Translations under genes and position numbers: made by a program
Notes under the pieces: model-generated
Seen by the model: only the letters and a program-made list of their open reading frames with translations
Told to the model about the DNA's origin: nothing
Database searches by the model: none
Assembly: GCA_028288925.1 (NCBI GenBank)
Contig: JAQGHG010000012.1
Location: 77,762-141,761, forward strand
Source of the DNA: Patescibacteria group bacterium
Lineage (GTDB): Bacteria > Patescibacteriota > Saccharimonadia > UBA4664
Direction: 5' to 3'
Length of the DNA stretch: 64,000 nt
Shown: positions 29,725 through 38,889 of the stretch, in pieces
Layout of the letters: every line of letters begins with the position of its first letter
How positions within the stretch are numbered: the stretch's first letter is position 1

Positions 29725-30327
29725 GTGAAACTTCTGCTACTCTCCCTTGGTCTCGGCGCCGTACCCGAATTCATTCCAGCCCAAGCCAAGCTTGGCTTCA
29801 TCCCCACCGCCGGGAACGTCTATGCCGACCCGTCGTTTGTGCGCCACGACCGCGCACGTCTCGTCAAACTCGGCTATCAAATTACCGATATCGACCTAGA
29901 CGAGCTCACGCCCGCCGAAATCCAGACCCGCCTCGGCGCTATTGACGCCGTCTACGTAGCCGGCGGCAATTCCTTTTACCTGCTCCAGCAACTGCACCAA
30001 AAAGACGCCGCCGATACGCTGCGCCGTCGCGTCCAAGCCGGCCTGCCCTACATTGGCTCTAGTGCCGGTGCTATCATCCTCGGTCCCAGCCTCGAACCCG
30101 TCTCGTCCTTGGACGATCCCGCCGAAGCACCCTTGCTCACCAGCACGAAGGGCCTGGGTCTCATCTCGTTTGTTCCACTCCCGCATTACGGCAAGAAGAA
30201 ATACCTGCCCCGCTATCAAAAAATATTAGACGAATACCGCTATACCTATCAGCTCGTCACCTATAAGGACGATCAAGCTCTCTTGCTGGCCGATCCCAAT
30301 GCCTACCAAATGATCGAATCCATTTAG
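29725..30327 (+). CDS. Peptidase E / S51 family
   Basis: FIPTA, YVAGGNSF, YIGSSAGA, LPHY. Confidence 0.85.
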   Translation: MKLLLLSLGLGAVPEFIPAQAKLGFIPTAGNVYADPSFVRHDRARLVKLGYQITDIDLDELTPAEIQTRLGAIDAVYVAGGNSFYLLQQLHQKDAADTLRRRVQAGLPYIGSSAGAIILGPSLEPVSSLDDPAEAPLLTSTKGLGLISFVPLPHYGKKKYLPRYQKILDEYRYTYQLVTYKDDQALLLADPNAYQMIESI

Positions 30328-30401
30328 CGCTCAAAATCGGCTGTTGGCCGCCTGTCGGCCGATATGATACGATTGACACCGTTAAATGATTCGGACTTCC
30401 C

Positions 30402-31868
30402 ATGGCCAAATACTACGCTACATCCTCCATTGTCTACACCAACGCCGTGCCGCACATCGGGTACGCCATGGAGCTTATTCAGGCTGACGTACTGGCCCGC
30501 TACCACCGCCAGAAGGGCGAAGATGTCCGATTCCTTACCGGCACCGATGAGCACGGCACCAAGATCCAGCGTGCCGCCGAAGCCGCCGGCCAAGAGCCCC
30601 AAGCCTATGTCGACGGCATGAGCGAAGTCTACCGGGACCTCACCAAGACACTCAACATCTCCAACGACCAATTCATCCGTACCACCGATCCCGGCCACAA
30701 ATCAGCCGCCCAAGCGCTCTGGAAAACCTGCGCCAAGGATATTTATAAATCGGACTACGAAGGCTGGTACTGCGTAGGGTGCGAAACCTTCTACACCGAG
30801 ACAGACGTACCGGATCACGTCTGTCCGATCCACAAAAAGCCTCTAGAAAAGATCAAAGAGCAAAACTATTTCTTCAAATTGTCCGCCTACACCGACCAGA
30901 TCAAAGAAGTTATCAAAAGTGACCAGCTGCTCATCCGCCCATCGACCCGCAAAAACGAGATTCTAGCCCTGCTCGAGCGCGGGCTCGAAGACATCAGCAT
31001 TAGCCGCGACAAAAAGCAGCTCAGCTGGGGCGTGCCCGTGCCCGGCGATAGCACGCAGGTGATGTATGTCTGGTTCGACGCGCTGGCCAACTACATCACA
31101 GCGCTAGGCTATCCAGACGGCGAAGCCTTCAAGAAATTTTGGCCGGCCGACATCCAAATAATCGGCAAGGACATCATACGCCACCACGCCGCCATCTGGC
31201 CGGCCATGCTGCTGAGTGCCGGTTTGCCGCTGCCCAAAGCCCTGTACGTCCATGGCTTCATTTCCAGCGAAGGCCACAAAATGAGCAAATCACTCGGAAA
31301 TGTCATCGCCCCGCAAGCCGTGATCGACAAATACGGCGTCGACGGCCTGCGCTACTACCTGCTGCGCGAAATCCCGGCCGACGGCGACGGCGACTTCTCG
31401 TGGGCGCGCATGGAGGCCGTCTACAACGCCGATCTGGCCAACGACCTCGGCAACCTGCTGCAGCGCGTGCAAGTAATGTTCGTTAAATACCTGGGCGCGA
31501 TCATCGGCGACCTGCCGCAGCATTCACACGACATCCAACCCTACCAAGAAGCCATGGACCAGCTGCGCTTCGACAAAGCCCTGGCCGAAGTCTGGCTGCT
31601 CATCCGGGGCCTCAACCAATACCTCGAAGAAGAAAAGCCCTGGAAGCTGGCCACAGACGACGTCGATCATCTGTCCGAGGTCCTGCACCACGCCGTGGCC
31701 GACCTGGTCCAGATCGCCACCCTACTCATGCCGTTTATGCCCGGCACCGCCGCCAAGATCGCCGCTACCTTTGCCGGCGGCGTCGCCCGGCCCGAGGTCG
31801 GCATCCTCTTCCCCAAGCTCGAAGCCGATGCCATCGAAAAGACCGAAATACAGCCCGGGGCCAAATAG
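30402..31868 (+). CDS. metG: Methionyl-tRNA synthetase
   Basis: PHIG, TGTDEHG, YVWFDAL, GKDI, KMSKS. Confidence 0.97.
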   Translation: MAKYYATSSIVYTNAVPHIGYAMELIQADVLARYHRQKGEDVRFLTGTDEHGTKIQRAAEAAGQEPQAYVDGMSEVYRDLTKTLNISNDQFIRTTDPGHKSAAQALWKTCAKDIYKSDYEGWYCVGCETFYTETDVPDHVCPIHKKPLEKIKEQNYFFKLSAYTDQIKEVIKSDQLLIRPSTRKNEILALLERGLEDISISRDKKQLSWGVPVPGDSTQVMYVWFDALANYITALGYPDGEAFKKFWPADIQIIGKDIIRHHAAIWPAMLLSAGLPLPKALYVHGFISSEGHKMSKSLGNVIAPQAVIDKYGVDGLRYYLLREIPADGDGDFSWARMEAVYNADLANDLGNLLQRVQVMFVKYLGAIIGDLPQHSHDIQPYQEAMDQLRFDKALAEVWLLIRGLNQYLEEEKPWKLATDDVDHLSEVLHHAVADLVQIATLLMPFMPGTAAKIAATFAGGVARPEVGILFPKLEADAIEKTEIQPGAK

Positions 31869-31870
31869 CC

Positions 31871-32326
31871 GTGACGCGAGGTTGTGAGGTCTGCGAGGCC
31901 CTATCGGGCGCCACCTCTTCGATCTTCGAAACCGAGCATTGGACCGCGGTCCTCTCGCCCGAGCAGGGCTATTTGGGAAGCACCTTTGTTGGACTCAAAC
32001 GCCACGTGTCGTCGCTGAGCGAGTTGTCTGACGAAGAATGGGCCGAACTCCACCAAGTTATTAAAAAATTTGAGCGGGCTGTGCGCGGGGCCTTTGGCGC
32101 CCAAGTCTTTAATTGGGTTTGTCTCATGAATAATGCCTTTAAAGCGGCCGAACCCAAACCCCACGTTCACTGGAGGGTTCGCCCCCGCTACGACGCCCGG
32201 GTACAAGTAGGGGAGCACGTCTTCGCCGATCCCAACTTTGCCCATCACTACGACAAGCACCATACTGCGCGGGTAGATGAAGTCGTGCGGAGCCAAATCC
32301 AGTCTGCTATCCAGGCTTGTCTTTAA
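31871..32326 (+). CDS. HIT family protein
   Basis: CEVC, PHVHW (third His position degenerate), PRY. Confidence 0.75.
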   Translation: MTRGCEVCEALSGATSSIFETEHWTAVLSPEQGYLGSTFVGLKRHVSSLSELSDEEWAELHQVIKKFERAVRGAFGAQVFNWVCLMNNAFKAAEPKPHVHWRVRPRYDARVQVGEHVFADPNFAHHYDKHHTARVDEVVRSQIQSAIQACL

Positions 32327-32402
32327 TGACCCGGACCGTGCCTCTGCTACTATGCCTTGCCGCGGCGCCGTACCCGGTTTTAGATGGTATATAATACATC
32401 CC

Positions 32403-33158
32403 ATGCTTATCGATACCCATGCCCACATCCACTTCGACGAATTCCGTGACGAGCTGGACACGGTGTTGGAGCGCGCCCACGACGCGCGGGTAGAAAAAAT
32501 CCTCTGCGTCGGCGTCAACGATGCCGACTCGGCCCAAGCCATCGCGGTCGCGCGCGCCTACGACCACGTCTGGGCCACCGTCGGCCTCCACCCGCACGAC
32601 GCCGATCGTGGCTACGAGGCGCTCGACGAAGTCGCCCGTCTGGCCGAGTTCGAAAAGGTCGTCGCCATCGGCGAGTGCGGTCTCGACTACTTCAAGAGCG
32701 AGACCACGCGCGAGGACCAAGAACGCGCCCTGCGCTTCCAGATCGAGCTCGGTCTCAAGCGCGATCTCCCCATGATCTTTCATGTGCGCGACGCCTTCCC
32801 CGAATTCTGGCGCATCCTAGACGACTACGACGGCGTCCGCGGTCTCGTCCACTGCTTCACCGCCGGCCTGCCCGAGCTCGAAGGCTCGCTCGATCGCGGT
32901 CTCTCCATCGCCCTTAACGGCATCATGACTTTCACCAAAGACCCGCGCCAGCTCGAGGCCGCCCGCCGCGTGCCGCTCGACCGCCTTGTGCTCGAGACCG
33001 ATTGCCCCTTCCTGACGCCCACACCGCACCGGGGCAAGCGCAACGAGCCGGCCAACATCGCCCTTACCGCCAAATTCCTCGCCGAGCTGCGCGGTGAAGC
33101 CCTCGAAGACCTCGAGCATGCCACCAGCCGCAACGCCGAAAAATTATTCAAAATATAA
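32403..33158 (+). CDS. tatD: TatD family nuclease
   Basis: DTHAH, GLHPH, IGECGLDY, ETDCPFL. Confidence 0.95.
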   Translation: MLIDTHAHIHFDEFRDELDTVLERAHDARVEKILCVGVNDADSAQAIAVARAYDHVWATVGLHPHDADRGYEALDEVARLAEFEKVVAIGECGLDYFKSETTREDQERALRFQIELGLKRDLPMIFHVRDAFPEFWRILDDYDGVRGLVHCFTAGLPELEGSLDRGLSIALNGIMTFTKDPRQLEAARRVPLDRLVLETDCPFLTPTPHRGKRNEPANIALTAKFLAELRGEALEDLEHATSRNAEKLFKI

Positions 33159-33173
33159 ACAGAAAGCTCACCC

Positions 33174-33695
33174 ATGAAACTCCTCGACGTCATCAACTAC
33201 CAAAACCCCCAAGCCACTGACCTCAAGGAGTTGGGTAAACACCACTTCCGCGTCCGTCGCCGCGCCGTCCGCGCCGTCGCCACCGATGCCGAAGGCCGCG
33301 TTCACATGCTCTCGGTCAGCGCCGACGGCGGCTACCTCAAGCTCCCCGGCGGCGGCGTCGATCCCGGCGAGGAGCTCATCGAGGCGCTGCATCGAGAAGT
33401 CATGGAGGAGCTCGGCTACCTCATCGCGCCGGGCGATCCCATCGGCCGCGTTCTGCAGTACGACCTCGAGGACAGCTTCCTCCAGGAATCACTCTGCTAC
33501 CACGCCACCATTACCGGTGGCGCCGGCGAGCCCACTTATACCGACGAAGAAGCCGCCGACGGCTTTAATCCCATCATTTTCTCCAGCCTTGACCACGCCA
33601 TCAAAGCCGTAGCGCATTTGCCGCACCACAGCGCCAAAATTCATGCCATCAATCGCCGCGAGCTGGTCTTTCTGAAGGCTGCCCAAAGGAACTAA
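33174..33695 (+). CDS. Nudix hydrolase
   Basis: Nudix box GGGVDPGEELIEALHREVMEELG. Confidence 0.88.
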   Translation: MKLLDVINYQNPQATDLKELGKHHFRVRRRAVRAVATDAEGRVHMLSVSADGGYLKLPGGGVDPGEELIEALHREVMEELGYLIAPGDPIGRVLQYDLEDSFLQESLCYHATITGGAGEPTYTDEEAADGFNPIIFSSLDHAIKAVAHLPHHSAKIHAINRRELVFLKAAQRN

Positions 33696-33711
33696 CCAAA
33701 AGGAGCTATCC

Positions 33712-34380
33712 ATGGAGCCACCAACCGCCAAAACCCCCGTAATCACGATCGCTAAGCCCAAACTGCCCCCAGACCTGCCTGCCCGAAACGCCCCATCGCT
33801 CGAGAACGGCCTCAAGCTCGAGAACGCCGAGATCATCGCGGCGGGCTGGGCGGGCGAGTCGGCGCGGCTCGCGACTTTCGACGTACTCCGCCTGGCCCAG
33901 CCCGATCTCACCGCCACCAAGCTGCGCGAAAGCGGCTGGTCGGACGTGCAAATCAGCGGCGGCCAGCTTGGCGGCCTGGATCTCACCAACGGCGCATGGC
34001 GGCGTGTGACCGTCAGCGGCGCGCGCCTCAGCGGCGTCGTTTTGGTCGAAGCCGAGCTCAGGGATGTTACGTTCGCCGACGCCAAGCTCGACCTAGCCAA
34101 TCTGCGTTTCGCCAAGCTCACGCGCGTGCAGTTCCTGCGCTGCCAGCTCACCGAGGCCGACTTTGCCGGCGCCCAGCTCACCGATGTCAGTTTCACTGGC
34201 TGCGACCTCACGGCCAGCAGCTTTGCCGGCGCCACTCTCGAGGATGTTGATCTGCGCACCTCAACGCTTCGGGATCTCCACGACCTGGCCGGCCTCCGCG
34301 GCGCTACCATCGACACCGAGCAGCTCATCGGCTTGGCGCCGGAGCTGGCCGAGACCCTCGGCCTCAAAGTAGCCGACTAA
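33712..34380 (+). CDS. Pentapeptide repeat protein
   Basis: A(D/N)LxxA-type repeats. Confidence 0.88.
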   Translation: MEPPTAKTPVITIAKPKLPPDLPARNAPSLENGLKLENAEIIAAGWAGESARLATFDVLRLAQPDLTATKLRESGWSDVQISGGQLGGLDLTNGAWRRVTVSGARLSGVVLVEAELRDVTFADAKLDLANLRFAKLTRVQFLRCQLTEADFAGAQLTDVSFTGCDLTASSFAGATLEDVDLRTSTLRDLHDLAGLRGATIDTEQLIGLAPELAETLGLKVAD

Positions 34381-34394
34381 GCCGGCACCTCTGC

Positions 34395-34981
34395 CGGTCG
34401 TTCGCTCAAGGTCGGACCTTGATATTTGACAGACTACCCTGTAACCTGTCAAATATGCCTAGCCCCAATGCAGTCAAAGAGTCTCTCCGGGATGGCGTCT
34501 ACCACGTCTACAACCGCGGCGTTGAGCGGCGCGACATCTTCATGGATCATCACGGTTATCAGCGGTTTAAACTGCAGATGCGCACGTTTCTGGAGCGCGA
34601 ACTAAACCATTTCCATTTACTTGTCCAGCGAACCGATAACGAGGCGATGAGCCGGTACATTAAGCGGCTCGTGGTGGGCTATGTTATGTATTTCAACAAA
34701 AAATACCACCGTGTAGGGCCACTGTTCCAGGGCAAATACAAGGCTGTCCGGGTGATCGGGCCCCGGCAGCTCATGGAAGTTTCGCGCTATATCCACCTGG
34801 ATCCTGAGCGCGCCGGTCTCGGCTGGCGTCAACACCAGCACTCAAGTATCGCCAGCTATACCCGCGAGGCGGGCGCCGATAACATGGTCGATCCCGGTCC
34901 GGTGCTCGAGCTTTTCGATATACCAGAGGATTATAAGCGATATATGTCAATTGGCGAGGTCCGACCTTGAGCGAACGACCG
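34395..34981 (+). mobile_element. Y1/RAYT transposase locus bounded by perfect 25-bp inverted repeats
   Basis: CGGTCGTTCGCTCAAGGTCGGACCT (34395-34419) and its exact reverse complement (34957-34981). Confidence 0.8.
34455..34970 (+). CDS. REP-associated tyrosine transposase-like (HUH Y1), apparently internally deleted
   Basis: YHVYNRG..R..IF, NHFHLL (HUH), YFNKKY.R.G.LFQG.YK, RYIHLDP. Confidence 0.85.
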   Translation: MPSPNAVKESLRDGVYHVYNRGVERRDIFMDHHGYQRFKLQMRTFLERELNHFHLLVQRTDNEAMSRYIKRLVVGYVMYFNKKYHRVGPLFQGKYKAVRVIGPRQLMEVSRYIHLDPERAGLGWRQHQHSSIASYTREAGADNMVDPGPVLELFDIPEDYKRYMSIGEVRP

Positions 34982-36145
34982 ATATTTTATATGGACCATG
35001 CGGCCGCCACCCCGCTCGATCCGCGCGTGTTTGAGGCTATGCAGCCGTATCTGGCCGGGCAGTTCGCCAACCCTTCGAGCCTGTATGGCGCGGCCCGCGA
35101 GACCCGCCAAGCCGTGGAAGCCGCGCGCCACACGCTGGCCAACATCCTCGGTGCCAAGCCCACCGAGATCGTCTTCACCAGCGGCGGCACCGAGGGCGAT
35201 AATCTAGCGGTACAGGGCGTACTGCGGGCGCACCCCGGCGCGCACTGGGTCACCAGCTCAATCGAGCACGATGCCATATTAGGCTGCGTAGAGCCATTAA
35301 TGCGTGAAGGTCACGAGGCTACTATCGTGCCGGTCGAGCCCAACGGCCTCGTCGAAGTGGCCGCCATCGAACGCGCTGTCACCGACCAAACCGTACTCAT
35401 CAGCGTCATGATGGCCAACAACGAAATCGGCGCCATCCAGCCCATCGCCGAGCTCGCCAAGCTGGTCGCCAAAGTCCGCGCCGACCGTAGCCAGCGGGGC
35501 CTAGACCGGCCGCTCTACCTTCACACCGATGCCGCCCAGGCCGCCGGCTACCTCGACCTGCACGTGGCACGCCTCCGCGTGGATCTGCTCAGCCTCAACG
35601 GCTCCAAGCTCTACGGCCCCAAGGGTGCCGGGCTGCTCTACGTGCGCCAAGGCACGCGGCTCGAGCCGTTGATGTACGGTGGCGGCCAGGAGCGCGGCCG
35701 ACGCAGCGGCACCGAAAACGTCGCCGGCGCGGTCGGCCTGGCCAAGGCCCTCGAGCTGGCCGCCGCCGCCCGCGAGTCCGAATCGCACCGCCTGGCCGGC
35801 CTCCGCGACGAGCTCATCCGCCGCCTCACCGCGGCCATCCCCCACACTACCCTCAACGGCGACCCCAAGCGCCGTCTCCCCAACAACCTCAGCCTCACCA
35901 TCCCCGGCGCCGAGGGTGAGGCCATGGTGCTCTACCTCGACAACCACGGCGTCCAAGCCTCCACCGGCTCGGCCTGTTCCACCGGCAGCCTCGACCCGTC
36001 ACATGTGCTGCTCGCTCTGGGCCGCACTCCCGCCGAAGCCAATGCCAGCCTCCGCCTCACGCTCGGCCGTGCCACCGATGAGGCCGCCATTGATCATGTC
36101 GTCAAGGTCTTGCCGCCCATTATCGTCCGCCTGCGCGAGCTCTAA
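34967..36145 (+). CDS. iscS: Cysteine desulfurase (IscS/NifS type)
   Basis: DHAAATP, ANPSS, FTSGGTE, NNEIG, HTDAAQ, GSKLYGPKG, GSACS. Confidence 0.93.
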   Translation: MSERPIFYMDHAAATPLDPRVFEAMQPYLAGQFANPSSLYGAARETRQAVEAARHTLANILGAKPTEIVFTSGGTEGDNLAVQGVLRAHPGAHWVTSSIEHDAILGCVEPLMREGHEATIVPVEPNGLVEVAAIERAVTDQTVLISVMMANNEIGAIQPIAELAKLVAKVRADRSQRGLDRPLYLHTDAAQAAGYLDLHVARLRVDLLSLNGSKLYGPKGAGLLYVRQGTRLEPLMYGGGQERGRRSGTENVAGAVGLAKALELAAAARESESHRLAGLRDELIRRLTAAIPHTTLNGDPKRRLPNNLSLTIPGAEGEAMVLYLDNHGVQASTGSACSTGSLDPSHVLLALGRTPAEANASLRLTLGRATDEAAIDHVVKVLPPIIVRLREL

Positions 36146-36183
36146 GCCATCGCCTCACCGCCACAAGCTGGTACAATAAGACC

Positions 36184-36777
36184 ATGAAGCGCTTTCTATT
36201 AGTGCTAATGTTCGTGGTAATTATCCTCGGCGGTTTGGCCGCCGGAGCCTTTTTCGGCGTCGGCTACTATCTGTCGCCGCAAGACCAGCTCGCCAAAACC
36301 GACGCCATCGTCGCCATCTCCGGCGGCGAGACCGACGCTCGCACCGCCGAAGCCGTGCGGCTCTACAAAGACGGCTGGGCGCCCAAGCTGATCTTCTCGG
36401 GCGCGGCCCTCGATCCCAACGGCCCCTCCAACGCCCAGGCCATGGCCACCGCCGCCGAGCGCGCCGGCGTGCCCTTCCAGGACATCGAACTCGACGAGGT
36501 GGCCGCCAATACCCGCCAAAACGCCACCGGTGTCGCCGGTATCGTTCAGCATCACGGCTATCGTTCGCTCATTCTCGTGACTTCACCCTACCACCAGCGC
36601 CGCGCCGAGATTACCTTTCACCGGGTGCTTGGGTCCACCTTTCCTCTCATTAACCATTCGTCCTACGATCACCAATGGCGCCGCTCGCATTGGTGGGCCA
36701 CCCCCTATAGTCAAAGCGTGACGCTTTCTGAAATTCAGAAGATCGCCTTTGAACTCGCCAGCGGACACGCCCAGTGA
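36184..36777 (+). CDS. YdcF/DUF218 family protein
   Basis: TM, DAIVAISGG, NTRQNA, VTSPYHQRRA. Confidence 0.85.
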   Translation: MKRFLLVLMFVVIILGGLAAGAFFGVGYYLSPQDQLAKTDAIVAISGGETDARTAEAVRLYKDGWAPKLIFSGAALDPNGPSNAQAMATAAERAGVPFQDIELDEVAANTRQNATGVAGIVQHHGYRSLILVTSPYHQRRAEITFHRVLGSTFPLINHSSYDHQWRRSHWWATPYSQSVTLSEIQKIAFELASGHAQ

Positions 36778-37739
36778 TCATCGTCGACCTTGCCATCATC
36801 GGCATTATTGTCTATGCGGCCTACTCCGGCACCAAGCGGGGCATGGTGCTCATCGGGCTCGAGTTGGGAAGCTTCATCATCGCCACGGGAGTGGCTCTCG
36901 CCGGCTATCACATGATCGGAAGCTGGGTTAAGGCTCTCACCGGCACATCGGGAGCCCTCAGTAACGTGGCGGCGTTCATACTCATTTGGATCCTTACTGA
37001 AATAATCTGCGCGGTCATCGTGCGCTTCAAGGTGCTTCCACGCCTCACCCGCCAAGTTCAGCTTTCGCTCGTCAACCAGATCGGAGGCTCGGCCCTCAAC
37101 GCGCTCAAATCACTCATAATCATTGCCCTCGCGCTCATCGTATTCGTGGGAATGCCGCTATCTTCGGGCACCAAACGCACCGTCACCGACTCTTTTCTGG
37201 CCAAAACCTTCCTGGCCTCGAGCGGCCAGCTCCAAAACTGGTTGGCCGGCGGCCTCGGCCACGACCTGAGCGAAAGCCTCAACTTCTTCACCGTCACCGC
37301 CGAGCCCGAAAGCCAGCAGCGCATCGAGCTCGGCTACACCACCACGGCCGTCACCGCCGATCCCCATGACGAGGCCGCCATGCTCGTGCTCGTCAACCAA
37401 GAGCGCACCAGCCGCAATCTCCTCCCCCTCAGCCTCAACACCAAAGCCCGCGCCGTCGCCCGCGCCTACTCCCGCGACATGTTCGCGCGCGGCTACTTCT
37501 CGCACATCAGCCCCGAGGGCAAGAGCCCCTTCGACCGCATGAAAGCCGGCGATGTTAGCTACGAGACGGCCGGCGAAAACCTGGCGCTAGCCCCTACCCT
37601 CGACCTCGCGCACCAAGGCCTCATGAACTCGCCCGGCCACCGCGCCAACATCCTCAACCCCAGCTACCGCACCGTCGGCATCGGCATTATCGACGGCGGC
37701 CCCTACGGGCTCATGGTTACCCAAGACTTCACCGATTAA
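36774..37739 (+). CDS. CvpA-like membrane domain fused to CAP/SCP domain
   Basis: N-terminal TM helices; YFSH, GENLA, LMNSPGHRANIL. Confidence 0.85.
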   Translation: MIIVDLAIIGIIVYAAYSGTKRGMVLIGLELGSFIIATGVALAGYHMIGSWVKALTGTSGALSNVAAFILIWILTEIICAVIVRFKVLPRLTRQVQLSLVNQIGGSALNALKSLIIIALALIVFVGMPLSSGTKRTVTDSFLAKTFLASSGQLQNWLAGGLGHDLSESLNFFTVTAEPESQQRIELGYTTTAVTADPHDEAAMLVLVNQERTSRNLLPLSLNTKARAVARAYSRDMFARGYFSHISPEGKSPFDRMKAGDVSYETAGENLALAPTLDLAHQGLMNSPGHRANILNPSYRTVGIGIIDGGPYGLMVTQDFTD

Positions 37740-37792
37740 GGGAACCCAGGGTTTTCGACAGACTACAATATTTCTTGTATAATAGGCCGGTT

Positions 37793-38833
37793 ATGAAAAC
37801 CGTCTACGTTGGCATGAGTGGGGGAGTGGATTCCTCGGTGAGCGCCGCCCTTCTAAAACAGCAGGGTTTTAACGTCGTGGGCGTGTATATGAAGAACTGG
37901 ACCCAAGACGTCGCCGGAGTGGCCTGCCCCTGGAAACAAGACCTGGCCGACGCCCGGGCCGCGGCCGCCGTGCTCGACATCCCGTTCAAAGTCTTCGACT
38001 TTCAGGCCGAGTACAAGCAGCACGTCGTCGATGCCATGGTGGCCGAGTACCAGGCCGGCCGCACGCCCAATCCGGACGTGATGTGCAACCAAGAAATCAA
38101 ATTCAACCTCTTCCTCAAAGCGTCCCTGGCCGACGGCGCCGACCTCATCGCCACCGGCCACTACGCCCGGACTGAGGACGGCCAGCTCCTCGCCGGCCGC
38201 GACACCAACAAAGACCAGAGCTACTTCCTCTACCGCGTCACCGCCGAGGCGCTCCGGCGCACCATCTTCCCGGTAGGCGAGCTCACTAAGCCTGAGGTTC
38301 GGCGCCTGGCCGCCGAGGCCGGCCTACCCACCGCCACCAAGCCCGATTCGCAGGGCATTTGCTTCGTTGGCGAGGTCGGCCTGCGCGAATTTCTGCGCCA
38401 ATACATTTCGGCCGCGCCAGGGCCCGTCCTGCACCGCGCTACGGGCGCTAGGCTGGGCGAGCACCAAGGAGCCGTGTTCTACACCATCGGCCAGCGCCAC
38501 GGCTTGGGCATCGGCGGCGGCACACCCTACTACGTGGTCGGCAAAGACATCGCCGCCAACACCGTCTACGTTACTGGCGACCCGTCCGACCTCGAGCTCG
38601 AAACTGACGCCTTTGCCATCGAGCAGACCCATTGGATCGGCGAGCGCCCCCAGGAAGGCCGAGCCTACCAAATCCGCACCCGCTACCGTGCCGGCCTCAT
38701 TGACGGCCAGCTCACCCCGGCGTCCGGCGGCTATCAGGTCCAGCTCGTCCGCTCCGAGCGCGCCGTCACCCCCGGCCAGTCGGCCGTCATTTACGACGGC
38801 GACCGCGTCCTCGGCGGCGGGTCGATCTCGTAG
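37793..38833 (+). CDS. mnmA: tRNA 2-thiouridylase
   Basis: MSGGVDSS, TPNPDVMCN, ATGHY, KDQSYFL, DSQGICF, TPGQ. Confidence 0.97.
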   Translation: MKTVYVGMSGGVDSSVSAALLKQQGFNVVGVYMKNWTQDVAGVACPWKQDLADARAAAAVLDIPFKVFDFQAEYKQHVVDAMVAEYQAGRTPNPDVMCNQEIKFNLFLKASLADGADLIATGHYARTEDGQLLAGRDTNKDQSYFLYRVTAEALRRTIFPVGELTKPEVRRLAAEAGLPTATKPDSQGICFVGEVGLREFLRQYISAAPGPVLHRATGARLGEHQGAVFYTIGQRHGLGIGGGTPYYVVGKDIAANTVYVTGDPSDLELETDAFAIEQTHWIGERPQEGRAYQIRTRYRAGLIDGQLTPASGGYQVQLVRSERAVTPGQSAVIYDGDRVLGGGSIS

Positions 38834-38889
38834 CAGCCCCGAAGCCGCTCTTATCCTTTTTTGAGTAATAATCTGGTACAATGTCCCCC

